Below are positions 40,322 to 51,639 of a DNA stretch of 64,000 bases, one piece after another; position 1 is the first letter of the stretch; the number at the start of each line of letters is the position of its first letter. Location: assembly GCA_963727445.1 (NCBI GenBank), contig CAVSGI010000006.1, forward strand, positions 448,001-512,000, read 5' to 3'. Below the pieces are notes generated by a model. That model saw only the letters and a program-made list of their open reading frames with translations. It was not told where the DNA came from and ran no database searches. A program made the translations under genes and the position numbers. This DNA is from an uncultured delta proteobacterium (GTDB taxonomy: Bacteria > Myxococcota_A > Polyangia > Polyangiales > B10-G4).

Positions 40322-41862
40322 CACTCTGCCTCCTCGATGAGCATCACTGCGTTGATCTCCATGCCGGGCTCGCGTTCGTTGCGGCTGCAGCCGTCGACGC
40401 CCACCACCGTCTCCACCGCCTTGCCGATGGAGACGCGATAGCGGCGTCCGTCGGCGACGTAGCCCGCGGTGTCGCCGCCGAGCGGGAGCTCCTCCGCCGC
40501 CATCACGACCGACAGCGGACCGGTGAAGGCGCCGCAGGCGGAGAATCCTCCGCACTCCGCTCTCGGCGTCAGCACCGGGAGGGGAACGTCGTCCCCCATG
40601 TACCCCGTGCGCGAGGTGACGAGCCGAAGCTCGGTGGCGGGCCGACCATCGGCGGCGAGCCGATGGACAAAGAGCGCGTCTGGGTTGGCCGTGTCGAACT
40701 GCACCGTGTCGCCGGTCGTCAGGTCGAAGGCCCACATCGGCACGCAGAGGAAAGAGGTCCAGCTCTCGGTCTCGTCCGCGAAGCCCACCTCGAAGCAGCC
40801 GTCGCGAAGGAGCTCGGTGCTGGTGACCGTCGCCATGCGCCCCGGCGCGATGCGCTCGCCGCTGTAGACGTAGGGCAGCACCTCGTCGGCCGTGCAGAGG
40901 TCCGTGTCCCAGAAGTAACGCGACTCCGAAGCGACGATCACGTTGCTCTCGTCGCCGCCCGTGATGTCGCCCGTGCCGCCGACCTGGACCGCGCCCGGAA
41001 CGCCAACGGCCCCGTGCCGGGGGACGGTGAACGTCGGGCCGCGGAAGAAGACGACCGTGTCGGCCGAGCCGTCGCGCTGAACCAGGACGGCGTCGCACGC
41101 ACCGATGGGCGGCGAGAGCCAGTCGGCGCCCATCTCGAGGGCGTCACCGGCCGCGCCGCGGTCGAGCGGGAAGTTGCGTTCGGAGTCGAGGGTGACGGTC
41201 ACGCCTTCGCCAAACGCCTCCCGCGACAGGTAGCGTGCCGGGTCCTCGGACACCCGCTCGCAGTCGAAGCGCCCCGTGGCCCAACGAAGCCGAACGTCGG
41301 TGTCGTCGACGCTCCCGTTGTGGAGGTAGGCCGAGGCCTCGTAGTCGGGCGGGGGGATCTCGCGGACACGGGTCTCGGGGTCGGGGGGCGGTGGGCTCGT
41401 GGCGATGCACGCGAAGGCCGCGGCGAGCATCGCCGTCCCCTCGACGGTGCGGCGCCGGGGCAGCGACAGTGGCGCGGCGTCGAGGAGCCACCACGCGACC
41501 GGGAGCATCGCGAGCCCCACCAGGTCCGACGGGTCGGTCCAGATGCGCCATTCGATGCCGACGCCGAGCATGATCGCCTCGAGCCCCCGCGCCGCCTGCG
41601 GCGCCACGTTGATGGCGACGAAGGGCGCGGCGGCGATCGCGAAAGCGAGCAGACGCGCCTGCGTCCGCCGCGCGCCGAAGGCCGTCGCCAACAGCACCGG
41701 GGCGACGATCATCCCGGCGAAGTCGCTGAGCTTGCCAGTCAGCGCGCCGGGCAAGACCCCCGCCCCTTTGAGCAGGTGGTCGTTGATGACAAGAAGCGCG
41801 AGCGCTGCCCAGAAGAGTGGGTGCCTCAGCGCGCTCCGACCGTCCTTCGTTCCTCCATCCAT
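40321..41862 (-). CDS. Myxobacterial-type membrane protein with large Cys-containing extracytoplasmic region
   Basis: HPLFW..LLVINDHLLK...TGKLSDFAG...DPSDL N-terminal membrane motif. Confidence 0.8.
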   Translation of the reverse strand: MDGGTKDGRSALRHPLFWAALALLVINDHLLKGAGVLPGALTGKLSDFAGMIVAPVLLATAFGARRTQARLLAFAIAAAPFVAINVAPQAARGLEAIMLGVGIEWRIWTDPSDLVGLAMLPVAWWLLDAAPLSLPRRRTVEGTAMLAAAFACIATSPPPPDPETRVREIPPPDYEASAYLHNGSVDDTDVRLRWATGRFDCERVSEDPARYLSREAFGEGVTVTLDSERNFPLDRGAAGDALEMGADWLSPPIGACDAVLVQRDGSADTVVFFRGPTFTVPRHGAVGVPGAVQVGGTGDITGGDESNVIVASESRYFWDTDLCTADEVLPYVYSGERIAPGRMATVTSTELLRDGCFEVGFADETESWTSFLCVPMWAFDLTTGDTVQFDTANPDALFVHRLAADGRPATELRLVTSRTGYMGDDVPLPVLTPRAECGGFSACGAFTGPLSVVMAAEELPLGGDTAGYVADGRRYRVSIGKAVETVVGVDGCSRNEREPGMEINAVMLIEEAE

Positions 41863-41875
41863 GCACCCGCATTAC

Positions 41876-41890
41876 TCAAGTGTCGTGCCG
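41876..41890 (-). promoter_or_regulatory. sigma54-like promoter
   Basis: CGGCACG-N4-TTGA just upstream of ATG 41862. Confidence 0.5.
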
Positions 41891-42019
41891 TCGGGAATCG
41901 TTGGCGTTTTTCGTTCGGTGCAGAAATGGGCCGCGAACCCCCATCCACGGTCGGCACAGGCCGGCACAGGCCTCGAAGGTGGTGCCGTGACCCCGATCGA
42001 GTGGTGCTAGGTTCCCGAG

Positions 42020-43057
42020 GTGACCGGCGGCACCTACAGCGTGATCCGTTTCGCGTACGGCGCCTATCTCGTCGCCTCGCTCGTCCAAAGCGCGCTCGGG
42101 GCGGGAAGCGATCCGCTGAACCTCGGCGCCGCGATCCTCGGGGCGATCGCCGCAGTCGCCTTCGCCGTCGGCTTTCGCGATCGCATCGCGGCGGTGATGG
42201 TCGCGGCCGCCGTTCTGCTCGTCGGCATGAACGAGCCCTCGCTGGTCATCCCGATCGTCCGCGTCGCCCCGCTCCTCGCGCACCTCGCCTCGAAGGGAAC
42301 GCCGTATGGCGCCCTCGACGCCCGGGGCCGGCCCGATCCGGCGGGGGAGTTCGTCTATCCGCCCACGCTCACCTTCGGGATCTACGCCGTCCTCGCCGGG
42401 GGCTACGCCGCCCTCGCGCTGCCGATGGTGCGTGTTCCCGAGCCCTCCACGGGAGATCTGGTTTTCGCCACCGCCGCGGCGCTCTTCGTGGCCCTCGGGA
42501 TCGTGAAGAGAGCGCGCCTCGCCGTCTGGGCGGTCATGCTCGGGGCGCTGCTGCTACAGATCGGGCTCGGCGGTCATCCGCTCCTGCTCCCTCTCTTCTT
42601 CCTTCATCTCTTCGCCTTCGAGCCGTCCGCCATCCCGCCCCGGCGTCACGGCGCGAGCGAGCGCGTCTTCTACGACGGCAACTGCGGTCTGTGCCATCGC
42701 GCCGTGCGCTTCGCCCTCGCCGAAGATCCGGACGGCGAGGCCTTTCGCTTTGCGCCGCTCGGCGGCGAGGCCTTCGAGACCGAGGTGCCCGAGGACCTGC
42801 AAGAAGGGCTGCCCGACAGCATCGTCCTGCTCACCCACGACGGCGAGCTCCTGGTTCGCTCCTCCGCGATCCTCCGCATGATGGCCGGACTGGGCGGGCT
42901 CTGGCGGGCGCTCGGCGCCCTCGGCGCCCTGGTGCCCCGCGTGTTACGCGATCTCGCCTACGACCTGGTGGCGCGCGTCCGGCACCTGATCTTCGCCAAG
43001 CCGAAGGACGTCTGCCCGATCATTCCGAAGCGCCTCCGGCCTCGTTTCGATCTCTGA
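42020..43057 (+). CDS. Membrane protein with C-terminal DCC1/DUF393 thiol-disulfide oxidoreductase domain
   Basis: VFYDGNCGLC, RFAPL, RSSAIL, RDLAYDLVARVR. Confidence 0.85.
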   Translation: MTGGTYSVIRFAYGAYLVASLVQSALGAGSDPLNLGAAILGAIAAVAFAVGFRDRIAAVMVAAAVLLVGMNEPSLVIPIVRVAPLLAHLASKGTPYGALDARGRPDPAGEFVYPPTLTFGIYAVLAGGYAALALPMVRVPEPSTGDLVFATAAALFVALGIVKRARLAVWAVMLGALLLQIGLGGHPLLLPLFFLHLFAFEPSAIPPRRHGASERVFYDGNCGLCHRAVRFALAEDPDGEAFRFAPLGGEAFETEVPEDLQEGLPDSIVLLTHDGELLVRSSAILRMMAGLGGLWRALGALGALVPRVLRDLAYDLVARVRHLIFAKPKDVCPIIPKRLRPRFDL

Positions 43058-43418
43058 GACCGGCCCGGTCGAGGATCGCTTCTCCGATCCCCGGATGCAC
43101 CCCGAGGGGCTCAGCGACGCGAAAGCGCACCCCCGGATGGGCGGCGGCGGCCTCGGCCACGAGGCGCGGGATGTCCTCCATCGCGTGTCGACCCGGCGCG
43201 AGCATGTAGGGGACGGCGATCACTTCCGTCGCCCCCGCCGCCACGCAAGCCGCGAAGCCGGCGGCCACGCCGGGCTCGGCGATGTCCATGTGCGCACCGA
43301 AGACGCGCGTGCCGTCGTTCAGAAGCGCTTCGACCATGCGCGCCACCGCCGCGAGCTGATCGTTGCTCGCGGCGCGGCGGCTTCCGTGGTCGACGAGGAG
43401 GATCGCCCTCGAGGTCAC
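43020..43418 (-). CDS. CbiX/SirB-type sirohydrochlorin chelatase (short form)
   Basis: LLVDHGSRR, PYMLAPGRH..EDIP, EPLGVHP. Confidence 0.88.
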   Translation of the reverse strand: MTSRAILLVDHGSRRAASNDQLAAVARMVEALLNDGTRVFGAHMDIAEPGVAAGFAACVAAGATEVIAVPYMLAPGRHAMEDIPRLVAEAAAAHPGVRFRVAEPLGVHPGIGEAILDRAGLRDRNEAGGASE

Positions 43419-43419
43419 G

Positions 43420-45007
43420 TCACCGGCAGGTGCCACCGCTGCAGGTGCCGGAGCAGCAGTCGCCGTTGTCGAGGCATGCGCGACCCATGATGTGGCACTC
43501 ACACATGCCGCCGATGCAGTCCATGTAGCCGCAGCAGTCCGAGCTGAGGGAGCAGGAGTCGCCCGCGCCGACGCAGCAGCGGACGCCGAAGGTCACACCC
43601 ATGCGGCACTCGAGGCTCCCGCAGCAGTCGGTGCTGGTCGAGCAGCTGCCGGCGAGGCCGTTGCACATCGAGCACTCGCTCGCGACGTAGTCCCACTCCG
43701 CGCAGCTGCCGCTGTCGGGCCCGCTCGGGCCACCGACGAGGCAGGCGGTGCTGGAGTTGCACCAGCCGCACTCGAGGCGCCCGGTGCAGTCGCCGCATGT
43801 CGTCGCGCTGGAGCAGGGGTCCGCCGCGCTGCACTCCGAGGAGAGCCACGCCCAGCCCGAGCAGCTCCCCGCGTCGGGCCCGCTCGAGCTGCCATCGTGA
43901 CAGCCGCCGCCGCTGCCGGAGTCGCCGCACCAACCGCAGGGGTAGTGCGCGGTGCAGTCCGCGCAGTCCGCGTAGGTGGTGCACATGCTGGTCGTGGAGC
44001 CGCCTCCGCACGAGGCGCTGATCCAGGCCCAGTCGCCGCAGCTCCCGCTGGTGGGTCCGCTCGAGTTACCCGCCTGACAGCTGCCGCTACCGTCGCCGCA
44101 CCAGCCGCAGCCGCTCATCCCCGTGCAGGTGCCGCAGTCGGACGCGGTGCATGTCGGCGTGGTGCCGCCGCCGCCGCACGAGCTCGAGTACCAATCCCAG
44201 TTGCTGCACGAGCCCGTGCCCGGCCCGGAGCTCGAGCCCGTCTGGCAGCTGCCGCTGCCGTCGGCGCACCAGCCGCAGGGATAGTTGGCGGTGCAGCTCG
44301 AGCAGTCGGTGAAGCCGCACTCGTCGGTGGTGGTGGGCGCGTGGCAGGTGCCCCCCATGCACGCGAGGGTGCTCGAGCTGCAGCGGTTTCCGGTGCAGCA
44401 GGGCTGTCCGTCACCGCCACAATCCGAAGGCGCCGCCGCGCAGCGGCCACTGTTGCAGACCAGACCCGAGGCGCACTCGGAGGGGGGCTTGCAGCAGAAT
44501 CTCACCGTCGGTGCCGCAAGGCGCGCAGGAGCCGCTCACACAGACCAGGCCGCTTCGGCACTCGTCTCCGGTGCAGCACATCTCGCCCGCGCGACCGCAG
44601 TCGCCCGCGGGGCGCGTGCACTGGCCGGTGGGCGAGCAGATCAGGTCCGAGCAGCAATCGCTCGGCGTGCGGCAGGAGCTGCCCTCGGGCGAGCAGCAAG
44701 AGCCGCCGACGCAGTCGAAGTCACCGCAGCAGTCGTTCGGGCCGGTGCAGGCCGCGCCGCCCGGGGTGGCGCAGCAGCTACGGTCGGAGCCGCAGCGCGT
44801 GCCGGGGGTGCAGGGGGTGCTCCCGATGCAGCACATCTGCCCGAGGTCGCCGCAATCACCCATGGTGCTGCTGTCGCGTGTGGTGCTGGTGTCGCGGGTG
44901 CTGCTGTCGCGCCGGATGCTCGAGTCGGAGGTCATCGTGCCGCCGCCGGGGTCACAGGCGACGAGGGTCAGCGCGAAGGCGAAGAAGGCGAAGCGTCGAA
45001 GGGCCAT
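43420..45007 (-). CDS. Cys-rich lipoprotein with PSI-like repeats (one apparent indel at ~44499)
   Basis: Lipobox LVAC; ORFs 44411-45091 and 43420-44505 join if one base is removed at GAGATTCTGC; four CxxCT...CGWC...SSGP...C..W.W units. Confidence 0.82.
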
Positions 45008-45116
45008 GGCCGAAGCATACCCGATGAGACCGGGCCCCTGCGAGGCTGGCTGGGTCGATCGGGCCGCCCCGTTAGAGGGGCGATCGGTCATGCCCGAGCA
45101 AATGCCGTTCGCTTCG

Positions 45117-47150
45117 CTAGGCGGATTCTGGCTCTCCCTCTGGGGACGCGGGCTCCTCCGCTTCGGGCTCGGGGCTCGGCTCGGCGCGAAGGGCCCTCAG
45201 GGTGAGGAGGGTCAGGATCAGGACGGCCAATAGCAGCGCCAGCCAGAGGAAGAAGTCTTCGAGGTGGAGGGGGGCGCGGGGAGGGACGTGGTCGGGGTTC
45301 GGCTCGAGGCTCCTGGGATAGGCTTCCGACGGTGTGACGGCCAGGATCAGATCGCGGGCGCGGGCAATCTCGTAGTGGGGCGGGGCGACGCCCTCGGCCC
45401 CGAGGAGCATCGTGTAGTCCCCGGGCGGCGCGGCGACGTAGAAGTCGGGGACCGGCACCTCGACGCTCAGCTGTACCGCCGTGAGCGGCGCGTCCGCGCC
45501 ATCGCGCACGACGAGGCGAAGTCGATCCACCCGCACCTCTCCCACTTCGATCCGCATCGCGGGATCGCGATCGGGGCGGCGGCTGAGTCGGCCCCGGCCG
45601 AGCTCGCGCTCCGCTTCCTCGTCGCCAACACGGCCGTAGAGGACGAAGTCGCGATCGAAGAAGCGCTCCGCGGCGTCGACCCGCAGGGCGCGCACCGGTA
45701 CCGGTCCGCTCTCGATCACGACCGTGTGGGCCGTGCCCTCGCGGACGGCTTGGGTCTCGGGGGCGAAGGTGAGGGTGTCGAGGGACGCGTTCGGCTCCGC
45801 GAGGTATGGCCACTGGTGACCGGCGGTGTCGACGATGCGCAGGTCGCCGAGGTCGGGGGCGAGGACGCCGAGGTCCGCGGCGGTGGCGCGAATGCGGCAG
45901 AGGCCTTCGTCCGAGGGATCGACGAAGACGGCGCGCCGGTAGCGGAAACGAAAGCGCTCGACCTCGGCGCCGGGGCGCATGGCCCAGGACAGCGCTGGAG
46001 CGTCGTCGAAGGCCGGGTTGGGACGCGGGCTCTCGAGCGTCGCCGTGGGGAGCGCGGCCTCGACGAGGGCGCGCCCGAGCTCGCTCCCGGCCAGACGAGA
46101 GAGGTCGTAGCGCGGCGCGCGGACGCGGCCTCCGCCGAAGCGGAGGATGGCATCGCCCTCGAGGTCAGCGACCAGGACGGGCTGCCGGAGCACCGCCACC
46201 ACGCGGAGATCGCGAAGCGGCGGTCCGTCTTCATCGGTGATGGAGATGGTGAAAGCGTCGCCTCGTCCCGGGGCGAGCCCGACCTCGAGCGCCTCGTCGT
46301 CGATGGGCGAGGTGATGCGATGAAGGACGCCGCGCCCGAGTCGGGGCGTGCTGCTGCCGAAGCCGTCGTCGCGCACGATGACCGGGCGGGCGAAGACGCC
46401 GGTGCTGGTCTCGAAACGGAGCGCGGTGGGGATGACGCCGCGGGGGCGCCTCACCCGCAGGGTGGTGACGCCGCCGTCGCTCCGCTCGGAGAGGATGGAC
46501 AGAGGGACCTCGATCGTCGGCGCGGACGCGGGTGGACGGGCAGCGACGGCGGTGAAGGTCGGCGAGAGATAGCGGTGGTCGTCGCCTTCGAGGGTGATGA
46601 CGAAGGTGCCGCCGCGCGCGGCGAGGGGAATGCGCCGCTTCTCCCGAAGCGGGCGGGTGAAGCGGAAGAGGGTGCCGCTGCCGCGCTCGCCCGCAGCGCC
46701 GTCGCGCTCGGCGATGTGGTAGCGGCGGGTGAAGTCAGAGGCCGCGGTGTCGATGGAGAGATCCCATCCGTCCGTGCCCACGGGCGCCGGAGGAAGCGCG
46801 AGGACGAAGGTCTCGTAGTTGGCGAAGCGGTCGTAGACGAAGCGCCGTCGCTCCTGGGTGGCTTCGAGGGGGACCAGGGGGCTCTGCTCGGTCGCGGGTC
46901 GTGGCGTGACCGTGCCCGCGAGGAGCCAGGGCACCTCGTCGCCGAAGCGGTTCACGATCCGCACGTCGCTCAGGTCGGCGGACGCGTCGCGGAGCACCTC
47001 CTCCGACAGTGGGATGCGATGAAGTCCCGGTTCCATCACCCGGATCGGGGCTTCGTTCCGCAGCAATGGCGTCAGGTCCCTTCGTTCCTGGGCGCTCGCG
47101 GTCGATGCGAGGAGGAGGGCGGGGAGCAGCAGTGGGACGATGCGCTTCAT
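45117..47150 (-). CDS. DUF3999-like secreted protein with C-terminal TM anchor
   Basis: Signal peptide MKRIVPLLL; two DLSDVRIVN/DLGDLRIVD..WPY repeats; APRYDL; ATGA coupling to the upstream gene. Confidence 0.8.
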   Translation of the reverse strand: MKRIVPLLLPALLLASTASAQERRDLTPLLRNEAPIRVMEPGLHRIPLSEEVLRDASADLSDVRIVNRFGDEVPWLLAGTVTPRPATEQSPLVPLEATQERRRFVYDRFANYETFVLALPPAPVGTDGWDLSIDTAASDFTRRYHIAERDGAAGERGSGTLFRFTRPLREKRRIPLAARGGTFVITLEGDDHRYLSPTFTAVAARPPASAPTIEVPLSILSERSDGGVTTLRVRRPRGVIPTALRFETSTGVFARPVIVRDDGFGSSTPRLGRGVLHRITSPIDDEALEVGLAPGRGDAFTISITDEDGPPLRDLRVVAVLRQPVLVADLEGDAILRFGGGRVRAPRYDLSRLAGSELGRALVEAALPTATLESPRPNPAFDDAPALSWAMRPGAEVERFRFRYRRAVFVDPSDEGLCRIRATAADLGVLAPDLGDLRIVDTAGHQWPYLAEPNASLDTLTFAPETQAVREGTAHTVVIESGPVPVRALRVDAAERFFDRDFVLYGRVGDEEAERELGRGRLSRRPDRDPAMRIEVGEVRVDRLRLVVRDGADAPLTAVQLSVEVPVPDFYVAAPPGDYTMLLGAEGVAPPHYEIARARDLILAVTPSEAYPRSLEPNPDHVPPRAPLHLEDFFLWLALLLAVLILTLLTLRALRAEPSPEPEAEEPASPEGEPESA

Positions 47151-50100
47151 CGAGCGGCCTCCTCTTCGAGAGCGCCTCGGAAGACGAAGCGCTGATACGC
47201 CAGGGAGATGAGAAGCAGGGAGGTGGCGAGCCCGACCAGCGATGCGACGCGGTAGAGGTCGGAGAGATGGCTCAAGTCGTAGAGGAAGACCTTCGCCGCC
47301 GTGAGGGTGGTGAGACCGAGGCCGATGGCGCGAAGGCCGCGGGCGCCGCGCCCCATGCCGAGGCCGAGGAGGCCGAGCCCGTAGACCGCCCACGAAAGGG
47401 AGAGGCAGAGGTCCCGCGCCATGGCGTGTCCGGTAGGGATCGAGAGATGATCGCCGTTGGCGAAGAGATCGAAGATCACGAGGTTCACGTAGACGAAGCC
47501 GACCGCGATGGCGGCCAGGGCAGCACCGCGCGCGGGCACACGCCATCGCGTGGGCAGCACGTTCGTTTCCCAGGCCCGCGAGAGGCGCGCGTCGTGTCGC
47601 CAGAGCAGCACGTGGGCGCCCACGAGACAGGCGACCGGAACCAGGAAGGTGTAGCCGAGCCAGAGGAAGCCGGGAAGCTCGGAGCGCAGGTGATAGTCGA
47701 GGAGCCACGGGTTCGCGGTGAGGCGCACGGTGACCGTCGCCAGGAGCGCGAGGCCGAAGTACTTGAGCCCGGGGTGGTCGAGGCGGAGCCAGAGGAAGAG
47801 CAGGGCGAGACCCTCGAGCGCCCAGGCCACGGTGATCCACTCGCGCGCGAGCTGCAGTGGTACGGCGAGGGTGATGAAGCCGGCGATCACCGCGGCGAGC
47901 CAGATGACGCCCTTGCGGCGCGCCTCGGGGCTCGTGGTCCGGCGCTGGAGCGCCACGAGTGAGAGGAGCGCGACGAAGGCGAGCGCGATCGGGAGCGCGC
48001 CGATGAACGAGGGCCCGAAGGTCACGTCGAAGGCGCGCTTCAGCGCGAAGAAGAAGAGCGGTCCGCCGAGGGCCGCCGCGCGCTGGGCCCAGGGGTCGCG
48101 GATGGAGCGCGCCGACAGGTGCGGCGCGAAGGTCGACAAGAGGGTCATCGCGAAGACGCCCGCGAGCAGGAGCGCGCCGCCGCCGGCGTCGAGGCGGGGG
48201 TCGGCCCACGCGATGTAAGTGATGACCACCGCGGACAGGAGCGTCGTGCTGAGGAGCCACCCGCCGTGGACGAGCCGCGCCGCCGCGAGGGCGCCGAGCA
48301 GCTGGTAGAGCAGCACGGCGCCGATCACCGTGAGCACGGGGAGCGTCATCGTGCTGCCGGCGACACCGAACGAGCAGAGGAGGATGAGCGTCGCCACCAA
48401 CGCGCCCATGGTGGCGTGGGTGCGCAAGCGTGCGGGGAGGGCGAGGGCCGCGAAGGACAGGAGCGTGGCCGCCGCGATCGAGACGACGAGGAGGGTGGCG
48501 GGGGGGGTCGCCGGGCTTCCGTCGCCGAAGAGCGAGGCGGCGACCGGGCCGAGCGCGGTGATCGCGCCGAGGGCGGAGGCGAGACCGACGGGCGCGAGGG
48601 CGGCCAGGAGCTCGCCGTCTTCGAAGGTGGCGTTGCGGTAGACGAGCGCGGTGCTGAGGAGGAGGCCCGCGAGCCACGGCCAGAGGGGGACGCTGGGCGC
48701 GGCGATGGCCGCCAGGGCCATCAGGGAGAGCGGGCCCACAGTGGTGACGAGGCCGGCGAGGCGTTCTTCTGGAAGCGATCCAGCGCGCTCGCGTCGAGCG
48801 CCGATGCGCCACTCCAGCGCGAAGTGGAAGAGCCCGCCGAGGATGGCGGAGAAGGTCACCACTTCGGCTGCACCGAGGAGCGTGTCGGGATGCGCGCGAA
48901 GGAGGTAGACGGCGAGCACGCCGACGGTTCCAGCGGCCGCGACCAATCCGAGGACGGGATGCTTCTGCCGGTGGCCGACGAAGAGCGCGCCCGCACAGAG
49001 CAGCAGCATCAGGATGCCGACCGGGTAGAGATGGGGACCGAAGTCGGCGTTCGCCGCGAAGAAGAGGGCGAAGGTGAACGGGGTCAGGAGCGCGAGGGCG
49101 CGGGTGAGAGAGCCGAGCGAGTCGCCCTCGCGCCGCGGAATGGCGGCGAAGAGCGCGGCGAACACGCCGAGGATGGCCAGACCCATGAAGAGCCGCCCGG
49201 GCCCCATGTCGCCGACGATCCACAGCGCCTGGTAGAGGGTGGTGAGGCCGAGGCTGAGCAGGCCGAGGGCCGGCCACCGTCGATGATGCGCCACCCACAG
49301 GAGCGCACCGTCGAGGAGCAGGAGGTAGGCGAAGAGCGCGATCGGTCGGTCGCTGCCGGTGGTCAGGAGGAACGGCGTCGCGAAGCCGCCGAGCAGACCG
49401 AGGATGGCGATGGGCATCGCGCGGTGCCGCACGGCGAGGAGACAGGTGATCGCGGTCACGCCGCCCATCAAGGCGAAGCCGAGGGTGTTCGGGATGAGCG
49501 CGTAGCGCGTGGTGCCAGCCCAGAACGAGAGATAGAGGATCGCGCTCGCCGCGCCCGCGAGCCAATCGGCGAGCACGGGATGCCGCTTGCGCAGCGGGAT
49601 CTCGGAAGCGACGAGACAACCGAGCCCCGCGAGGGTGCCGAGAACGACGCGAAGCGCGGGCGTGAGGAGCCCAGCGTCGATGGAGTACTTGAAGAAGAAC
49701 AGCCCCGCGAGGACGAGGACCCCGGCGCCGACTGCGGCCGCGCCCCGAACACCGAGCCACTTCTCCCACTCGACGGAGGCGGGGACGGGGGAGGAGACGG
49801 GCGCGGGGTCGGGGACGGGCGCGGCGTCGGAGACGGGAGCGGGGTCGGGAGCGGGAGCGGAGCGGGAGCGGGAGCGGGAGCGGGAGCGGGAGCGGGAGCG
49901 GGAACGGGTTCGGGAACGGGAACGGGAACGGGTTCGGGAACGGGAGCGGGAATGGGAGCGGGAATGGGAGCGGGAACGGGAGCGGGAACGGGTTCGGGAT
50001 CGGGAACGGGATCAGGAGCGGGTTCGGGGACGTGAACGGGCTCTGCGGCCATTTTCGGCTCTTCGGTCGCTTCCAGGTGCGCGTGGATCCTCGCGGCCCA

Positions 50101-50250
50101 GGTCTCGAGCTCGTCGACGCGGGCGCGCAGGGCGCGGAGGTGTGCGTCCTGGTTCGTCTTGCGGACGATGAAGACGATCAGCGCGGCGATCGCGGCCACG
50201 AAGCTGGCCGGGATGGCGAGGACGGCGAGGGCGATCAAGAGCTCTTCCAT
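47147..50250 (-). CDS. DUF2339 family polytopic membrane protein (indel inside the repeat tract at ~49860)
   Basis: MEELLIALA..., Pro-rich linker, EWEKWLGVRG, LGGFATPFL, KVFLYDLS.L..LYRVAS. Confidence 0.85.
49836..50032. repeat. Hexamer microsatellite (GGGAGC/GGGAAC family) encoding a PA/PV linker
   Basis: About 30 degenerate 6-mers; one unit lacks a G at ~49860. Confidence 0.9.
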
Positions 50251-50273
50251 CAAACCTCCGGCAGGAGGGCAGA

Positions 50274-50288
50274 GCAGCGCGCGTGCCA
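50274..50288 (-). promoter_or_regulatory. sigma54-like promoter
   Basis: TGGCACG-N4-CTGC upstream of the GGAGG RBS and ATG 50250. Confidence 0.6.
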
Positions 50289-50461
50289 GGCGGGAATCCT
50301 TTCGGATCCTCGGCGCGCGGCCAGAGGGCGTGGACACGGGGTGCACACGCGCGGGCCGAGGCCGGTCTTTCGGTGTACCCCCCCGGCCATGGCGCTTGGC
50401 GAAGTCTTTGCGTCGCTCTGCGCCTTTTCCCCTACACGATGCCGCCTCCATGATTGGTGGC

Positions 50462-51601
50462 ATGCGCTGTGGCCGCGTCCTGCTCTTCGCTCTGGCGCTC
50501 TTCGCGGCGGGATGCGGGCGCATCGGCTACGACGCCGCTCACGATCAGGTCCTCACGGTGGATGTGGTCGAGGACCGGATGGCGGCGCCGGCGGATGCCA
50601 CGCGGCCGAGCGACGTGGGCGCGCTGGGCCTGTCGCTGCGCGAAGCGCTGACCATCGCCGGCAACACGCCGGGGAGCGAGCGCGTCGCGTTCGATCCCGT
50701 CGTCTTTCCTCCCGGCTTTCGCACCGACGTCGACCTCGGATCCGCCTTGCCGGTGCCCGGCGGCGGCACCCTCGTCGACTGCGACGGGCGTGCGGGCTTT
50801 CGCACGGCGCCCCTCGACTTGAGCGGCGTGTCGGACGTGGAGGTTCGCGGATGCCGCTTCTCGGTGTCGACCGATCACGCGATCCACGTGACGGATTCCG
50901 ATAGCGTCCACCTCCACGACAACGCGTTCTTCGACAGCGGACAGAGCGCCATCTACGTCGAGAGCACCGCGGGATGCAGCGGGCTCGTGATCGAGAACAA
51001 CCGCATCGAACATGCGGGGAGCGATCTGGTCGCGGTCTACGACTGCCGCGATGTGCTGGTGCGATCCAATCTGATGATCGTCGGCGACAAAGGCGCGCAG
51101 CGCGGCCTGCATCTCGAGCGCGTGACGCAGAGTCAGGTCCTCGACAACGTGATCGATCCCGGCAGCGCTCGGATGGTGAACCTGCAGGACTCCTCCGAGA
51201 ACCTGATCCAGGGCAACATCCTCGAGGGAGCGGACGCCGGGGTCGTCCTCGAAGGCGCGTCGAACGACAACCGCGTCGTCCAGAACGTGTCGATGGACAT
51301 GATGTACGACGGCATCTACGTGAGCCCCACGTCCCTCGGAAACACCGTCGTCCACAACACCCTCTTCCGCTGCTCGTCCGCGGTCGTCGACGAAGCGCCC
51401 GACACCATCACCGGCAACAACCTCACGTCCTCGGATCCGGCGGACTTCGTGGACCCGAGTCACGGTGTCTACGACTTCACGCTGGTGGCGGGCAGCGCCT
51501 ACATCGATGCGGGTGAAGACCTGGGCTTCGACTGCTTGCCCGACCTGCCGGGCGACTTCCTGGGCGCGGCCCCTGATCTCGGCGCGGTCGAGAGCTACTG
51601 A
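50462..51601 (+). CDS. Lipoprotein with right-handed parallel beta-helix repeats
   Basis: GCGRIGYD lipobox, SLREAL, PbH1-like repeats, C-terminal PDLGAVES. Confidence 0.85.
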   Translation: MRCGRVLLFALALFAAGCGRIGYDAAHDQVLTVDVVEDRMAAPADATRPSDVGALGLSLREALTIAGNTPGSERVAFDPVVFPPGFRTDVDLGSALPVPGGGTLVDCDGRAGFRTAPLDLSGVSDVEVRGCRFSVSTDHAIHVTDSDSVHLHDNAFFDSGQSAIYVESTAGCSGLVIENNRIEHAGSDLVAVYDCRDVLVRSNLMIVGDKGAQRGLHLERVTQSQVLDNVIDPGSARMVNLQDSSENLIQGNILEGADAGVVLEGASNDNRVVQNVSMDMMYDGIYVSPTSLGNTVVHNTLFRCSSAVVDEAPDTITGNNLTSSDPADFVDPSHGVYDFTLVAGSAYIDAGEDLGFDCLPDLPGDFLGAAPDLGAVESY

Positions 51602-51639
51602 GGCCTTGCGCCGGGCGCTGAGCGTCCGATGATGCGGGG

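Noticed and set aside
45117..49769. 1550-aa ORF
   Set aside because: Only 45117-47150 is coding in this frame; the upstream part overlaps the DUF2339 gene out of frame.
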